From assembly GCA_964187785.1 (NCBI GenBank), contig OZ076409.1:93498001-93562000 (forward strand): DNA of 64,000 nucleotides, in the 5' to 3' direction. The DNA is from Amphiscolops sp. MND2022 (taxonomy: Eukaryota). Below are positions 1 to 13,300 of this stretch, in pieces; position 1 is the stretch's first letter; each line of letters starts with the position of its first letter. The position numbers and the translations under genes were made by a program. Under the pieces are notes generated by a model. That model did no database searches, was not told where the DNA came from, and saw only the letters and a list, made by a program, of their open reading frames with translations.

Positions 1-499
1 TGACGGTGTTGGTCGATTCTAGACTTGTGGGATTTGGGTTCGGTTTTTCGATACCCAGACTTGTGGAGTCATTGAGGAGTCCTGTCACCATGCTACGACT
101 TGTTATCGGGGTGCCTTTATGAGTAGTCGTTTTAGATTCTGTAGGAGGTGTCGTGTCAATGCAGTTACGAGGGAAACATTTTCCGCTTCGTTTTTATATC
201 GTCTTTTTTTTCAGTATGACTATTCTAAGCTATGGGGATTTCTAAGTCCTGAGAGACTAACTCTTCTTCAGCTTCCTTTTGTGGCTTCTTGTGGTCATTT
301 TGATTGAAAAGAAAGGAACCTTTGGAATCAGTGGATTATTCAAATAAAATCTTGTTCGATTTTCTAACAGAAAGTCAGAACAAAACAATGTTGAATGAAT
401 CTTTGCATGTTCATCTTTCATGTATATACTTTCCTATTATCATCGGTTCCTCACCTAAAAGTTCCTAGGTATCATAAAAATGGGTTTGTTCACTACAAA

Positions 500-1456
500 T
501 GTAACGGCTGCTTGCCCTTATCCTGCGCTGAGGCTTGACAAGCTTTACGCCGCCCTGATCCGTTGCTTAGTGCTGTGGACCGTCACTAAAGAATTCCTGT
601 TTTTTCGTGTTTTAAAGGACTGTATTTTTTGGCTTGATGGGTCCGATGTGACCCGTGGAATCTCCTGCGATTCCTCTTTGCACTGATTTGGATCCGATGT
701 GATCCGTAACACACACTTCCCTCACTGTATCTTTACGCGCTCCGGCTCTCCAACTATGATAGTAGCTACTTAGTCGTTCTAACTCTAACGAAAAGTTGTG
801 AAGATTGAGAAGTTGATTAATTAGTCTTGCGGTCCTGAGACCCAACTTGACTATAGCTATACAGTGGAGAAAATCTCTATCTAATAATTGTATAAAGGTG
901 GTTTACAATTCTACAGTAAATATAAGCAAATATTAGTTAAAATATGTTGTATAAATAAATGACATTTAAAGCATACAATGAAGTTATTGGCTAAGTAAAC
1001 AAACTATGTGGTGGTTTTGGCATGTTGGTTAGGTGGGTTAGAAAGTATGTTTACACAATGTAAATATCATTAATTTCAACAGAGTTACATTTCCTTTAAA
1101 ATCATATGAGAAAATCACATAATAAGTTATATATCAAAAATGGGTAATTCATGGGGTCTGACCTAGGTCACTTTGGGTGTTAATAGCTCGAAACCCAGGG
1201 GAGATACGGGGTTGGTTGTTCTTAAAGAAAAGTTAGGATAGCACCACCACTATATGTGTGCCGAGTTTCAAGGTGATTGATGAAGTGGTTCATCGGGACG
1301 GGGGGGGGTGGCCCTTTTTTTCACACGACTAATTTTGCAAGAAGTTGCAGTTTTCCAACCAAAATCTTGATTAATTTTCTAAGAGTTTTGAGTTGTGAGT
1401 TTCATCAGTCACGTTCGAATTTGCGTTTCTGATCTCGCAATTGACTGGCGCCAACA
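500..1456 (-). repeat. 3' LTR of BEL/Pao element A
   Basis: tgtaacggctgc...ggcgccaaca; roughly 96-97% identical to 6175-7129 by eye count; adjacent to the PPT. Confidence 0.95.
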
Positions 1457-1700
1457 TTGCCGGCCCTGTTTTTCTCCTGAAAAACACTTTCGTGGAACAT
1501 GGGTGCCAGTTTCACTACTGGTCTTTCGAGTTTTCCATCTTCAGTTTTCACCAGCGCTGATCTCACTCGCCCATCGCTTCCATGATAGATTTCTAACACT
1601 CTACCCATCTTGTAATGTGCTCTTTTCACATTGTCATCTTCTATTCAAACCAAATCATTGACTTCCAGTTGTCTAACTTCTCCTTTAATCCATTTTCCAA
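1405..1700 (-). pseudogene. Remnant of BEL/Pao integrase C-terminal (DUF5641-like) tail
   Basis: ...VRQLEVNDLV* followed by RAHYKMGRVLEIYHGSDGRVRSALVKTEDGKLERPVVKLAPM, the typical last segment of a BEL polyprotein; it runs into the 3' LTR. Confidence 0.85.
1457..1478 (-). promoter_or_regulatory. Polypurine tract of element A
   Basis: Minus strand reads AGGAGAAAAACAGGGCCGGCAA immediately before the TGTTGGCGCC LTR start. Confidence 0.8.
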
Positions 1701-2326
1701 AAGATTGAAGTTGCATCATCATTTCTTCCCATGATACAGCCGGCCCTATGAAAGGCCCATTTTCCGAGTTTGTTGTTGTTTGTGCTTTTGAAGAACTCAA
1801 TCGCGTTTCCATTAGCGATATTTCATCTGGAAATTCATCTATCACAATCTTTGCATATAGGATGCCATTTGTATTCAACTGAGCGCTTTCGTTCATTCCA
1901 TGTAATAGGTTTGAGGCATTTTCAAACTTCCAAGCTCGTTTCTCGATTTGCTTGCGATGGCCATTTCTCAGTTGGGTATACGCATTGGGGTTAGCTTGTG
2001 CCACTGCATCCATTCCCGAATTTTCATTACCTAACCAATTGTTACAATTTTCCCTATCGTTTGGAATGATTTTGTCCAGCAGTTTTTTTTCAGTTCATCA
2101 TCATGTATTCTCCAAAATGACATCTTTACAGCTTTTGCTCCATCACTTGCATTGTCTTTATACGGTTGGTTGCGTTCTGACAAATCACTGGAGTGTGTTC
2201 GATACATCGCTTTTCCTCTTGAATATTCATGAAGTTCGACTTGACACTCTTTTACGAATTCAACCATTTTGTTCATTTGAGAACATTTACTTCCCTCTTC
2301 ATGTGTTAGATTGTTGACAGCGAGCT

Positions 2327-5300
2327 TTATTGCTTGCTTTTCAGTTGATTGCTTTTTTTCACATGCTGTCGCACAGAGGCGACATCCATTTTCTGTTTCA
2401 CCAAATCAAGCATCACAGTAAATTCTTCCAGGGTTCGGAGGTTTGATTTACTTGCAAAACTTTCATGTTCGTTCTTTTCTTCTACAATTGAGAAACCCAC
2501 GTTTTTGTCTTGTTCGACTATCATATGGTCACTCACAGCTAGGTGCATTTCGTCTTGCCAGACATGCTTGATCTCCAAAAGGAGGGGTTTAGTACTGACT
2601 TCCTGCCAGTTTCTTTCTACAACGAATATGTCTGGTGAGTTCTCCGTATTTTCCTTGGAAATATCGGAGACGCTGCAGTGGGAAGTATTCAATTCCATGC
2701 TCGACCGAGTTTTCATCTGATCCACCAATGGATCCCTATCTGCAAAAACCAAATTTTCAGTGGCGAACTTAGCAGTTTCTTGTTGAGGCAAGGGTCCACT
2801 AAGCATCCACCCCAATTTTGTCAATACGGCAAAAGTTTTTGACTTTCCACCTTTTCTATACCTAATGGCTCTATGCAAGTGGTAACAATCTTGTCCCAAG
2901 ATGACTTTTACATCCTTCAAATTGATGGTAGAGTCTTTCAATACTGTCAGGTGAGGATATGTTTCCTTCAATTTCTTGAGATTGTACGTTCGATTTCCTG
3001 CATTCACGCTGGGATGACTATAGGCCATGATATCTTCTTTGACCTTTCCGTTTTGATCTCCAATCTTGACTCGAAGTCGTTTGCTACTAATATCTGACGT
3101 TCCATGAATCCCTACAACATTCAAATCCACTGGCTGTCCCGCCAGATTTAGCGTTTTCATCAGGCTCTCGTCCACAAAGGATAAGCTTGCTCCAGAGTCA
3201 CACAAAGCGAACGTTTTCAGAGTTTTGCTTCCACTTCCCATTGTTACTGGAACGACTGGAAGCACACCACTGCTTCTCATTGATGATAGATTAGAAACCT
3301 CATCAACATTTTCAACATTTTGCTTCTGTTCCTCGTTCTTGTAAGGTCGGTGCAGTAATCTGTGATGAGGTTTACCGCAACCATTGACGTCGCAAAGTCT
3401 ACCAGAGCAATTTCTCATCTGATGCGCGTCTGATAGACATTTGAAGCACAATTTCAACTCTTTCGCCTTTTGTCTTCTTTTTTTGACGTTCATCTTCTTG
3501 AATTTCTCACATTTCCATATTGCATGTTTGCCGTCTTTCAACACACACTCTCTCTGAGTTTTCGAAATGTCATTTGCTGTGTTTGTTGCTGATGTTGCAA
3601 ACGTAGAGCCTTCGGCCTTTTCCTTGTAGCTCGTCTTTTCGCGATCAGCATTTGGATTCGAATAAAATAGCAGTTCATCTTGAACATCTGCTATATCATT
3701 GAGCCATTCACTAAATACAGCAAGTCCAGGTTGATACAGGTTCATTTGCTTCACATGAGTGAGCCACTTCGTTTTCATGTCTAGCGTTAACTTCCCTGTG
3801 GCACTGCCCAGAACTCCTTCTGAGTTTAGGTCTCCCACGTAGTTGAATTAGGTCAAAACATTCACGCAACTCGACACTATTCTCGCAAACTTGATCAATG
3901 CGGCTCCGTCATACGGTTTCATCGGTGGAAAGGAGTAAATTCGCTTCAACTGGGCGTTCACAACTATTTGAGGTTTTCCAAAGTTTCGAACTAGAACGTT
4001 CCACACCACATTGTACATTTCAGCGGTGTACCCAAGGCCAGCAATCGCCTCTTTGGCTTTGCCCGTGACAATTGTTTTAAGGTGATTCATCTTTACACTG
4101 TCGTCTATATTTGCTGCGTGGACGGTTGCTTGGAATAGTTGTGACCACTCTGGCCACTCCAATGGGTCACCTGAGAATTCTGCCAACTTCAGTTTTGGCA
4201 AGCTGGATCTGATGAAATAGTCATCTCTTACGTTCGACGCAACGTTTGGCCCTTGACCTGGCAAATACTGTTTTTGTGTGTTCGCAAGCTGTGGTACTTG
4301 AAATGCACCACTCTGGATGCCTCCAAACGTAGGCGGTAACCGATTCGGGTCTGCACTGAGAGTCATCGACGGCTTCGATGAGGCGAATTTCACTTCTGGT
4401 TGTGCTGTTGCTCTTTGACTGACAGCATCTATGAGAGTCTTTGTTCTGTTCTTTCCAATACCTCGACTAGCGGCTTCGGTGGATGTAGTCAGTTTCACTG
4501 AAGGTTTCAAGTCCCTCACTAGCGATGAGCATTGTCCTTCATGCGTCGATTGTACTGTAATTACTGGTGCTGAGACGGACGTTTGCTGGTAAACAGATGG
4601 CACGTTAATCGTCGATGCCACGTTTTCAGCTTCTTCTGTCTTGTCCATGCAATCTGAGACTTTCGTCAGATTGTCGTCTGGAGTTTCGACTGGTGAGATA
4701 CGCCTGACACTAGACCCACAACTGCTCGACGCTTGCGCAATTTGTATTTCCTTTTCCGCAATTTAGGCTTTGCGGACCAGCTCTTCTTGCAGGTCAGCTA
4801 TTTCCATTTGTTTCGCCTCTCGTTCTAGTTTCTCCAGGCGCTTTTGCAGTTCTTCGTGCTCTTTCAGAGCTTTCAGCTCCAAATGCATAACTTTTCTTGC
4901 ACTTGTTGTTTTTGAAATCACAGAGGTTTTGTTACTTTTGGTTTTGTCAACTTGCTAATGTATGCTCAATTCTTCAATTTGCAGCGATCTAGCTCTTTTT
5001 CTTGGATCTTGTCTGTCATCTGCGCTTCGACCATCGAGTTCTTTTTGCTCGTCGTCTGGTTCCGGTTCCTTTTGTGGTGAGGTACCTTTTTTACTGGATT
5101 TATCGGCTGCTGAGTTTACACGAGCGTCTGCCAGTCTTTGTTCAGCGTCTTCAAGACTTCGCAAAATGGCTCCTCCTTCTCCTGTCTTCAGCAGATCTTC
5201 AATCTTCGTTTTAATTTCAGACCGTTTCTTCAGCACTTCTTGACATGCTGCAGCATAATCTTCTTCGTCGACAACTTTGCCATTTGCGATTGAATCTTCC

Positions 5301-5683
5301 TGCAACTTTTCGTTGCTAACCATTAGTTTATCAATAGCACGTTTCTTTTCGTCAAGGTCCAAGTAGTTTAGTATCTGATTTTCATCTTGCAATGCTGACA
5401 TCAGTATTATCACCCTTCCAGTGTTAGAGTTTTGTCGCTGCAACTCAACAAATTGGCTCTGCATCGCTTTGATCACAGTTGAGAACATTTCTGGTACCTG
5501 TGGTTGGTACTTGACTTTGATTGCATTTTGGATTGCCTTAATGAGTCGTTCTCGCCTGTTTATGGCATCTAAACGTCGTAACAGTAGCTCTGCTATCTGT
5601 TTGTTGTCATCATTCCTAGCTAGGTTTTCATCAATTCCTCTGATCGTCTTGCCGTGCTGGACAGCTGCATTCCAATAACTCAA
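2327..5683 (-). pseudogene. BEL/Pao gag-protease polyprotein interrupted by three in-frame stops
   Basis: ORFs 4955-5683, 3848-4648 and 2327-3838 share one frame, with stops at 4955-4957, 4763-4765 and 3848-3850. Motifs: PKLKLAEFSGDPLEWPEW (DUF1759-like gag), knuckles CVLKDGKHAIWKC / CFKCLSDAHQMRNC / CDVNGCGKPHHRLLH, protease LCDSGAS and ILGQD. Confidence 0.9.
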
Positions 5684-5791
5684 AGTTTGGTCCTTGTCTG
5701 CAGAGTTCTTCAGAAAATTTTCAACTTTGTTGATATCAAACAGTTTTGGTTGAGCCGTCTCTTCTCTTCTTGATTGAATTCAGTTCCCTAA

Positions 5792-6063
5792 GTCACAATA
5801 GCCCAAACTCCCAGAGTTACACTAGCCAAATCTCCCAGAGACACAATAGCCCAATCTCCCAGAGACACAATAGCCTAATCTCCCAGAGACACAGTAGCCC
5901 AATCTCCCAGAGACACAGTAGCCCAATCACCCAGAGACACAGTAGCCCAATCTCCCAGAGACACAGTAGCCCAATCTCCCAGAGACACAGTAGCCCAATC
6001 TCCCATAGACACAGTAGCCCAATCTCCCAGAGTTACAATAGCCCAAACTCCCAGAGACACAAT
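5792..6063. repeat. 24-bp minisatellite in the 5' leader of element A (~11 copies)
   Basis: Unit CCCAGAGACACAGTAGCCCAATCT repeated in tandem; diverged versions recur in every unit of the array downstream. Confidence 0.9.
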
Positions 6064-6154
6064 ATCAGAGACTCCAAAACCCAGTTCTTGGGCAATCTTC
6101 TGTTGTCTACCAACGAGTCGTCTTCTTCTAGTCCGGGTCGTCCACCAACGAGCC

Positions 6155-6172
6155 GTCCGGGTCGGCGGACCA
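6155..6172 (-). promoter_or_regulatory. Primer-binding site of element A (tRNA-Tyr-like)
   Basis: Minus strand TGGTCCGCCGACCCGGAC, 2 nt after the 5' LTR; 14/18 match to the TGGTCCTTCGAGCCGGAT tRNA-Tyr PBS common in BEL/Pao. Confidence 0.65.
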
Positions 6173-6174
6173 AA

Positions 6175-7129
6175 TGTAACGGCTGCTTGCCCTTATCCTG
6201 CGCTGAGGCTTGACAAGCTTTACGCCGCCCTGATCCGTTGCTTAGTGCTGTGGACCGTCACTAAACAATTCCTGGTTTTTCGTGTTTTAAAGGACTGTAT
6301 CTTTTGGCTTGATGGGTCCGATGTGACCCGTGGAAACTCCTGCGATTCCTCTTTGCACTGATTTGGATCCGATGTGATCCGTAACACACACTTCCCTCAC
6401 TGTATCTTTACGCGCTCCGGCTCTCCAACTATGAGAGTAGCTACTTAGTCGCTCTAACTCTAGCGAAAAGTTGTGAAGATTGAGAAGTTGATTAATTAGT
6501 CTTGCGGTCCTGAGACCCAACTTGACTATAGCTATACAGTGGAGAAAATCTCTATCTAATAATGGTATAAATGTGGTTTACAATTCTACAGTAAATATAA
6601 GCAAATATTAGTTAAAATATGTTGTATAAACAAATGACATTTAAAGCAAAAAATGAAGTTATTGGCTAAGTAAACAAACTATGTGGTGGTTTTGGCATGT
6701 TGGTTAGGTGGGTTAGAAAGTATGTTTACACAATGTAAAGATCATTAATTTCAACAGAGTTACATTTCCTTTAAAATTATATGAGAAAATCACATAATAA
6801 GTTATATATCAAAAATGGGTAATTCATGGGGTCTGACCTAGGTCACTTTGGGTGTTAATAGCTCGGAACCCAAGGGAGATTCGGGGTTAATTGTTTCTAG
6901 TGAAAAGTTAGGATAGCACCACCACTATATGTGTGCCGAGTTTCAAGGTGATTGATGAAGTGGTTCATCGGGACGGGGGGTTGGCCCTTTTTTACACACG
7001 GCTAATTTTGCTAGAAGTTGCATTTTTCCAACCAAAATCTTGATTAATTTTCTAAGAGTTTTGAGTTGAGAGTTTCATCAGTCACGTTCGAATTTGAGTT
7101 TTTGATCTCGCAATTTACTGGCGCCAACA
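6175..7129 (-). repeat. 5' LTR of BEL/Pao element A
   Basis: Direct repeat of 500-1456, flanked by the PBS on one side and the TSD on the other. Confidence 0.95.
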
Positions 7130-7574
7130 ACAAAGGCCCAATGATCCAAATCATTCCAGTCCTGCGTCATAAAGTCAGGAATCAAAATTCCTAGTTACGA
7201 CACTTTTTCGTCACCTTGAATACATAATTTGTTCAAGCCAGTACACTTCCTGTCTGAACGTCAAAATGGTGGCAAAATGGGAGTCTGCCTAATATTTTCG
7301 TAAAGAACGCACGCTGGCATGAACAATTAGTCAATTTCCGAAATGGCAATTTTGAAGTTTAAGTTAAAAGTATGACACGCAAAAATTGCAACGCAACTGA
7401 AACGGAGCAAGCAGTTTTAGCGATGAAAAATATTGATCAAAAGGGAACAACTCATGCCAAGATAACACATTCCAACCTTCACACAAGAGGATACTCACAT
7501 AAATACAATTAGGCAAGATACATGATTTACTATTACCAATGTAATCATAACACCAGAGCAACGGAGACCTTACG

Positions 7575-8482
7575 TGAAACGGCTGCTTGAATTCTCCTGC
7601 GCTGAGGCTTTACGCCCCCTGACCCGTTGCTTAGTGCTGTGGATCGTCTCTAAACAAATCCTGGTTTTCTTGTTTTAAAGGACTGTATCGTTTGGCTGGT
7701 GGATGCGATGTGACCCGTGGAATCTCCTGCGATCCTGTTTTGCACTGAATTTGATCCGATCTGATCCTGCACAAACTTCCCGCGCTATATCTTTACGCGT
7801 TCCGACTCTCCAACTATGAAAGTAGCTACTTATTCGCTCTGACTCTAGCGAAAAATTGTAAAGGTGTGGAATGTTAATTAGTCTTGCGGTCCTGAGACCC
7901 AACTTGACTATAACTATTCAGTCGTGAAACTCCCTATCTAGTTATGGTAAAAAAGTGGTTTAAATTTCTGCAGTAAATGTAGAGCAAATATCAGTTGAAA
8001 TAGGTTGTATAAAGAAGTGATATTCAAAGCATAATATGAAGTTATTAGCTATGGAAATATACTATTTGGTGGTTTTGGCATGTTGGTCTCGTGGGCTAGA
8101 AAGTATGTTTACACAATGTAAAGATCATCACTTTCAACAGAGTTTCATTCTACTGTGGTCATATGGTTAATTAGTAGTGTTTACGTTTTTGGTTCAATGA
8201 CCTTGAGAACCACACATGTGAGGGGTAACAGAGTTTATAGTGGGTGAATGACCTTGAAACTTAGCAGGTGTATCCGTGTCATGTAACTGGAAATAAGTGT
8301 CAAGTTTCATGGCTCTATGACTAAGAGTCTTCGAGAAAACCCATTTGGGGGCGGGTTTTGCAGAAAATTGATGATCGACTTGTCTTCAAATTTTCATCTC
8401 AGTTTCCAAGAGTTTAAGTCTCGTTTCTCAACCAGCATGTTCTCAATCGACTTTCTCTGCCTTCTGATGACTGGCGCCAACA
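7575..8482 (-). repeat. 3' LTR of element B
   Basis: tgaaacggctgc...ggcgccaaca, homologous to the element A LTR; PPT follows. Confidence 0.9.
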
Positions 8483-9806
8483 TTGCCGGCTCTGTTTTTT
8501 TTCCCGAAAAACATTTTCATATAACATGGGTGCCAGTTTCACTACTGTTTTTTTTAGAGTTTGCCATCAATTGTCTTTGTCATTCGGAGATCTCCAGATT
8601 CAACCTCATGTTTGTCAGTTGTTTGCTGTGTTCTTTCTCTACTGCAATGATTTTCCAGCTCATAATCCAGTTCGTTAACCATAAGCTTGTTTTTAACATG
8701 TTCACATAACACACTCAAATATTTCTGAAAATTTTTCGCATTTGAAGTCATAGTTTTCCCCAATTATCACAAACTTCATCATCGACGTCCGACATTCATT
8801 GCGTTCAATCAATTGCCATTTTTTTGAACCTTTGCAAGTTACCATACGAAATTGATTCAGTTCATTCAACTCGACTTCCACATTTACTTCATCATCCAAA
8901 GAGTAGATTTCCAGCTATTTCCCTTTGTATTGCTTCGTGCTCCAGTTTCTCCAGTCTGGCTCGCTGTTCTTTTTGCTTTTTCAGAGCTTTTACTTTCAAA
9001 CAAAGAACTCGTCTAGCACTTGAAGTTTTCGATATCACAGAGGTGTTGTTGCTTCTGGATTCAACCAGTTGCGAATGCTTGCCCAGTTCCTCGAGGATAA
9101 TGGATACAACAGCTTCTTTCTCATCGAGCTTGTCATCCAACTCTTCTATAAACGTATGAAGTTTTTTCACATGTAGGGGTTCAATATCCCAATAGAGGCA
9201 CCACGCGTACCAATCTACCGCATTCTCTAAATTTTTTTGGTCAAAGTTCCATCAGTGTTTGACTGTGTTTTGTGTTTCTTTCTTCAAACACATTTTTCAT
9301 TCGGGGAAGCTGCCCCCGTGCCTTTCTTTGTTTGGCATTCATTTAATCAGATGACTCTTGTTTCACTGAGGGCTTTCCATTTACGCATTGATTTCTTGTA
9401 GATTTGTCACTTTTCCGAATTTCGCAATTTTTCAGAAACAAACTGTCAACTGCTCAATCCGGTAATTAATCGCCAATTTGTGAAGAATCCACCCAATACT
9501 GTCAATTTTACTTGCCTTCTATGACGAACGTGATTGTCTCGGTGGATTGTGTCCCTCTGACTTGAGCACGTTTCTTTACTTGGTGGATTTACTTGCAATG
9601 ACGTCTTAGACAATATCTTTGCTTCAATCAGGAATACGTTCCAAAGAATACAATTCGACTCAGAATTTGGATTGCTGCACAAATACCTCCTGAGTGGTGC
9701 CGCTAAAGCACAACTCCCAGAGTTTACAATAGCCCAAACTCCAGAGTCACTATAACTTAAACTCACAGAGTCACAATTGTCCAATCTCCCAGGGTCACCA
9801 ATCTCC

Positions 9807-10368
9807 CAGTCGTAAAAATTTCTATGTAATAATGGTATAAATATGGTTTACAATTCTTCGGTAAAAATAGAGCAAATATCAGTTGAAATAAGTTGTATAA
9901 ACATATGACATTTCAAGCATAACATGAAGTTATTAGCTATGTAAACTAACTATGCGGTGGTTTTGGCATGTTGGTCTGGTGGGCTAGAACGTATGTTTAC
10001 ACAATGTAAATATCATCAATCAACAGAGTTTCATTCTACTGTGGTCATATGGTTAATTAGTAGTGTTTACTTTTTTGGTTCAATGACCTTGAGAACCACA
10101 CATGTGAGGGGTAACAGAGTTTATAGTGGGTGAATGACCTTGAAACTTAGCCGGTGTATCCGTGTTATGTAACTGGAAATAAGTGTCAAGTTTCATGGCT
10201 CTATGACTAAGAGTCTTCGAGAAAACCCATTTGGAGGCGGGTTTTGCAGAAAATTGATGATCGACTTGTCTTCAAATTTTCATCTCAGTTTCCAAGAGTT
10301 TAAGTCTCGTTTCTCAACCAGCATGTTCTCAATCGACTTTCTCTGCCTTCTGATGACTGGCGCCAACA
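9807..10368 (-). repeat. Partial (U3-side) LTR copy of element B with PPT
   Basis: Near-identical to ~7920-8482; joined directly to the minisatellite at a cagtc junction near 9807. Confidence 0.85.
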
Positions 10369-13300
10369 TTGCCGGCCCTGTTTTTTTCCCGAAAAACACT
10401 TTCATATAACATAGGTGCCAAATTCATTACTGTTTTTTTTTGAGTTTGCCATCAATTGTCTTTGTCATTCGGAGATCTCCAGATTCAACCTCATGTTTGT
10501 CAGTTGTTTGCTGTGTTCTTTCTCTACTGCAATACATTTCCAGCTCATAATCCAGTTCGTTAACCATAAGATTGTTTTTAACATGTTCACATAACACACT
10601 CAAATATTTCTGAAAACATTTCGCATTTGAAGTCATAGTTTTCCCCAATTATCACAAACTTCATCATCGACGTCCGACATTCATTGCGTTCAATCAATTG
10701 CCATTTTTTTGAACCTTTGCAAGTTACCATATGAAATTGATTCAGTTCATTCAACTCGACTTCCATATTTACTTCAACATCCAAAGAGTAGATTTCCGGG
10801 TAAGTCGAAAATGTCTCCAGACAGTTTCCTAAGATTTGCTCTGCTACACATTTCATCATCAAAGTTGACTAACCGCGGGGAAGATATGTCAAGGAGAGTT
10901 CGTTCACTAACCTTTCCATAATCTTGTATTGGATCCAGCCTCCTTGAAAGGTCGTTGAATCATCCATCATCATAAACAGTAGATAAAACGAATTTTCAAC
11001 ATTACAGTGACAGAAGTGCTTCTGTTTGTTCTCAGTGTTCTCTAAGAACCTAATGGAATTGGATTTGTGTTTTGAACTCAACGGCTGCGCTACGTTTTGC
11101 TCGTTGCTTACAAACACGTCTATTTCCGTAGCTATTTCCGTGTTTTCTTCCAGTAATTGCAAATCAGTGGAGTTTCTCTTTCGCTTCTGTTTGTAGAGCA
11201 TCATCGAGCTTCTTTCACTACCAACACCAAAGTCTTATCATCTTTCGGGGTTTCTATCGGGTTTCTATCAGGCTCCAAACTATCATCAAAAACTTCCAGT
11301 TAACCAAAAGACCCATACCGAGTCCACATTGTCTTGAACGGTGCAGACGGCCCATTGTAAGACCCGTTGCTCCAACTTGCTCATGTTGGTACTTTTAAAG
11401 AACACATTTGCGTTCTTGTCACTGATGATCTTTCTCGGAACTTACGTAGCCAAATTGTGTCATCTTGTGTTGCATTCTCGTTCAACTGAGCGTTTTCCTC
11501 CATTCCATGTATCATGTTTCAGGTAGGTTCAATGTTCCGAGTCCTTTTCTTCGGTCGCTTGCGGTGGCCTTTGCTCAATTGAGTTTCATCATGGTCACTA
11601 GCGTGTGTCACCGCGTCCATTCCGCAGTTTCCACTACCAATCCGATGGTTCCACGCATTACTATCACTTGGAATATTTTCTTAAACAAGGCTTTCCTTGA
11701 AGTTGGAATCAGTTTTCTTTCCAGATGATTCCTTCCTGGCTCGTGTTTGGCATTACCTTTCACGGGTGTGTCTTGTTTTTTTTTGCAACGTGGCAAAGCT
11801 TTCAATACATGGCTCTATCATTTCAATCGTCTTGCATTTTGTTGCTCATGTACAAATCCATAACTTTTGCCCAATTCAAATCTTTTGTTCCCTTCTTCAA
11901 GGAGTAAATCATTGACGTAGAACATTGTCACTCGAAACAGGTTTGCTTGTTGTACATGCGGTAGTAACTTCTTCACAGTGGTTGCTTCTGCACTCTCTTG
12001 CAGCAGTTCAACTGGTACACTCAACTCTTCTAAAGTTTGCTTCCTAGATGCGAATGCTGAGCTTCGATTCTCTTTCCTTTTTTCGGTCATTGTATAATTC
12101 AAGTTCACCTCTGTTTGCACTATCCAATGCTCACTCCTAACCAAGTGCATCTCTTCTTTCAAAGTTTGTTTGTTTGGTATCCACGAGGAGGGTTTCTGAA
12201 CGGAATTCTTGTCGACATTTTTCTACAATGATTGTTTCTGACCAGTTCTGTATGCATTCAGCTGTGAAAAGCTTCGATGTTCCTTTGTTTCCATCTTTCG
12301 CTTCTGCATGTGATGTAGCTCCTTGTCTGCATGATCCATTATCATAGTTTGTTCTGTCTGTCCGATCAACTCGCTCATCGGCTTCTGTGAGAAGTTTCGA
12401 ATCAAACATAGGCGCAGAGAACTTTCCTTCGTGAACTAATTTCACTGCATTCTCTGGAGTCGAGTGTACTGATACAGCAATAATGAACTTAGTCCCGTTT
12501 TTGGCTAATTCTGACCTGCCCATACATCATGAGTCTTCCGTGAAACTCTCGTCTGGTTAGACACTTTGGAAGCTAGTCCCACAACTACGCGAAACTTTCG
12601 CCAATTCTAATTCATTTTCAGCTATTCTAGCTCTGCGGGCAATCTCATCAAGTCAGCTATTTCCCTTTGTATTGCTTCGTGCTCCAGTTTCTCCAGTCTG
12701 ACTCGCTGTTCTTTTTGCTTTTTCAGAGCTTTTACTTTCAAAAAAAGAACTCGTCTAGCACTTGAAGTTTTCGATATCACAGAGGTGTTGTTGCTTCTGG
12801 ATTCAACCAGTTGCGAATGCTTGCCCAGTTCCTCGAGGATAATGGATACAACAGCTTCTTTCTCATCGAGCTTGTCATCCAACTCTTTTACAAACGTATG
12901 AAGTTTTTTCACATGTAGGGGTTCAATATCCCAATAGAGGCACCACGCGTACCAATATACCGCATTCTCTAAATTTTTTTGGTCAAAGTTCCATCAGTGT
13001 TTGACTGTGTTTTGTGTTTCTTTCTTCAAACACATTTTTCATTCGGGGAAGCTTCCCCCGTGCCTTTCTTTGTTTGGCATTCATTTAATTGGATGACTCT
13101 TGTTTCACTGAGGGCTTTCCATTTACGCATTGATTTCTTGTAGCTTTGTCACTTTTCCGAATTTCGCAATTTTTCAGAAACAAACTGTCAACTGCTCAAT
13201 CCGGTAATTAATCGCCAATTTGCGAAGAATCAACCCAATACTGTCAATTTTACTTGCCTTCTATGACGAATTTGATTGTCTCGGTGGATCGTGTCCCTCT

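Larger units (their letters stand above)
500..7129 (-). mobile_element. Full-length non-autonomous BEL/Pao LTR retrotransposon (element A)
   Basis: Two ~955-bp direct repeats with TGT...ACA termini (500-1456, 6175-7129). 5-bp TSD ACAAA at 495-499 and 7130-7134. PBS and PPT in the expected places on the minus strand. BEL-type gag with triple zinc knuckle and aspartic protease inside. Confidence 0.95.

Noticed and set aside
1..300. Minus-strand MTTRSHKRK start resembling a decayed gag N-terminus
   Set aside because: Stops follow at once and there is no diagnostic motif; not supportable.
5792..6063. CRISPR-like appearance of short regular repeats (also 33591-33804 and 53193-53523)
   Set aside because: Head-to-tail repeats without unique spacers, no cas genes, and a eukaryotic context.
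5746..6213. ORFs with SQRHSSPI / SLGDWATV repeats, and similar ORFs at 13230, 16833, 20597, 24268 and 27362
   Set aside because: They are translations of the 24-bp minisatellite and LTR; open on both strands and frame-variable between copies.
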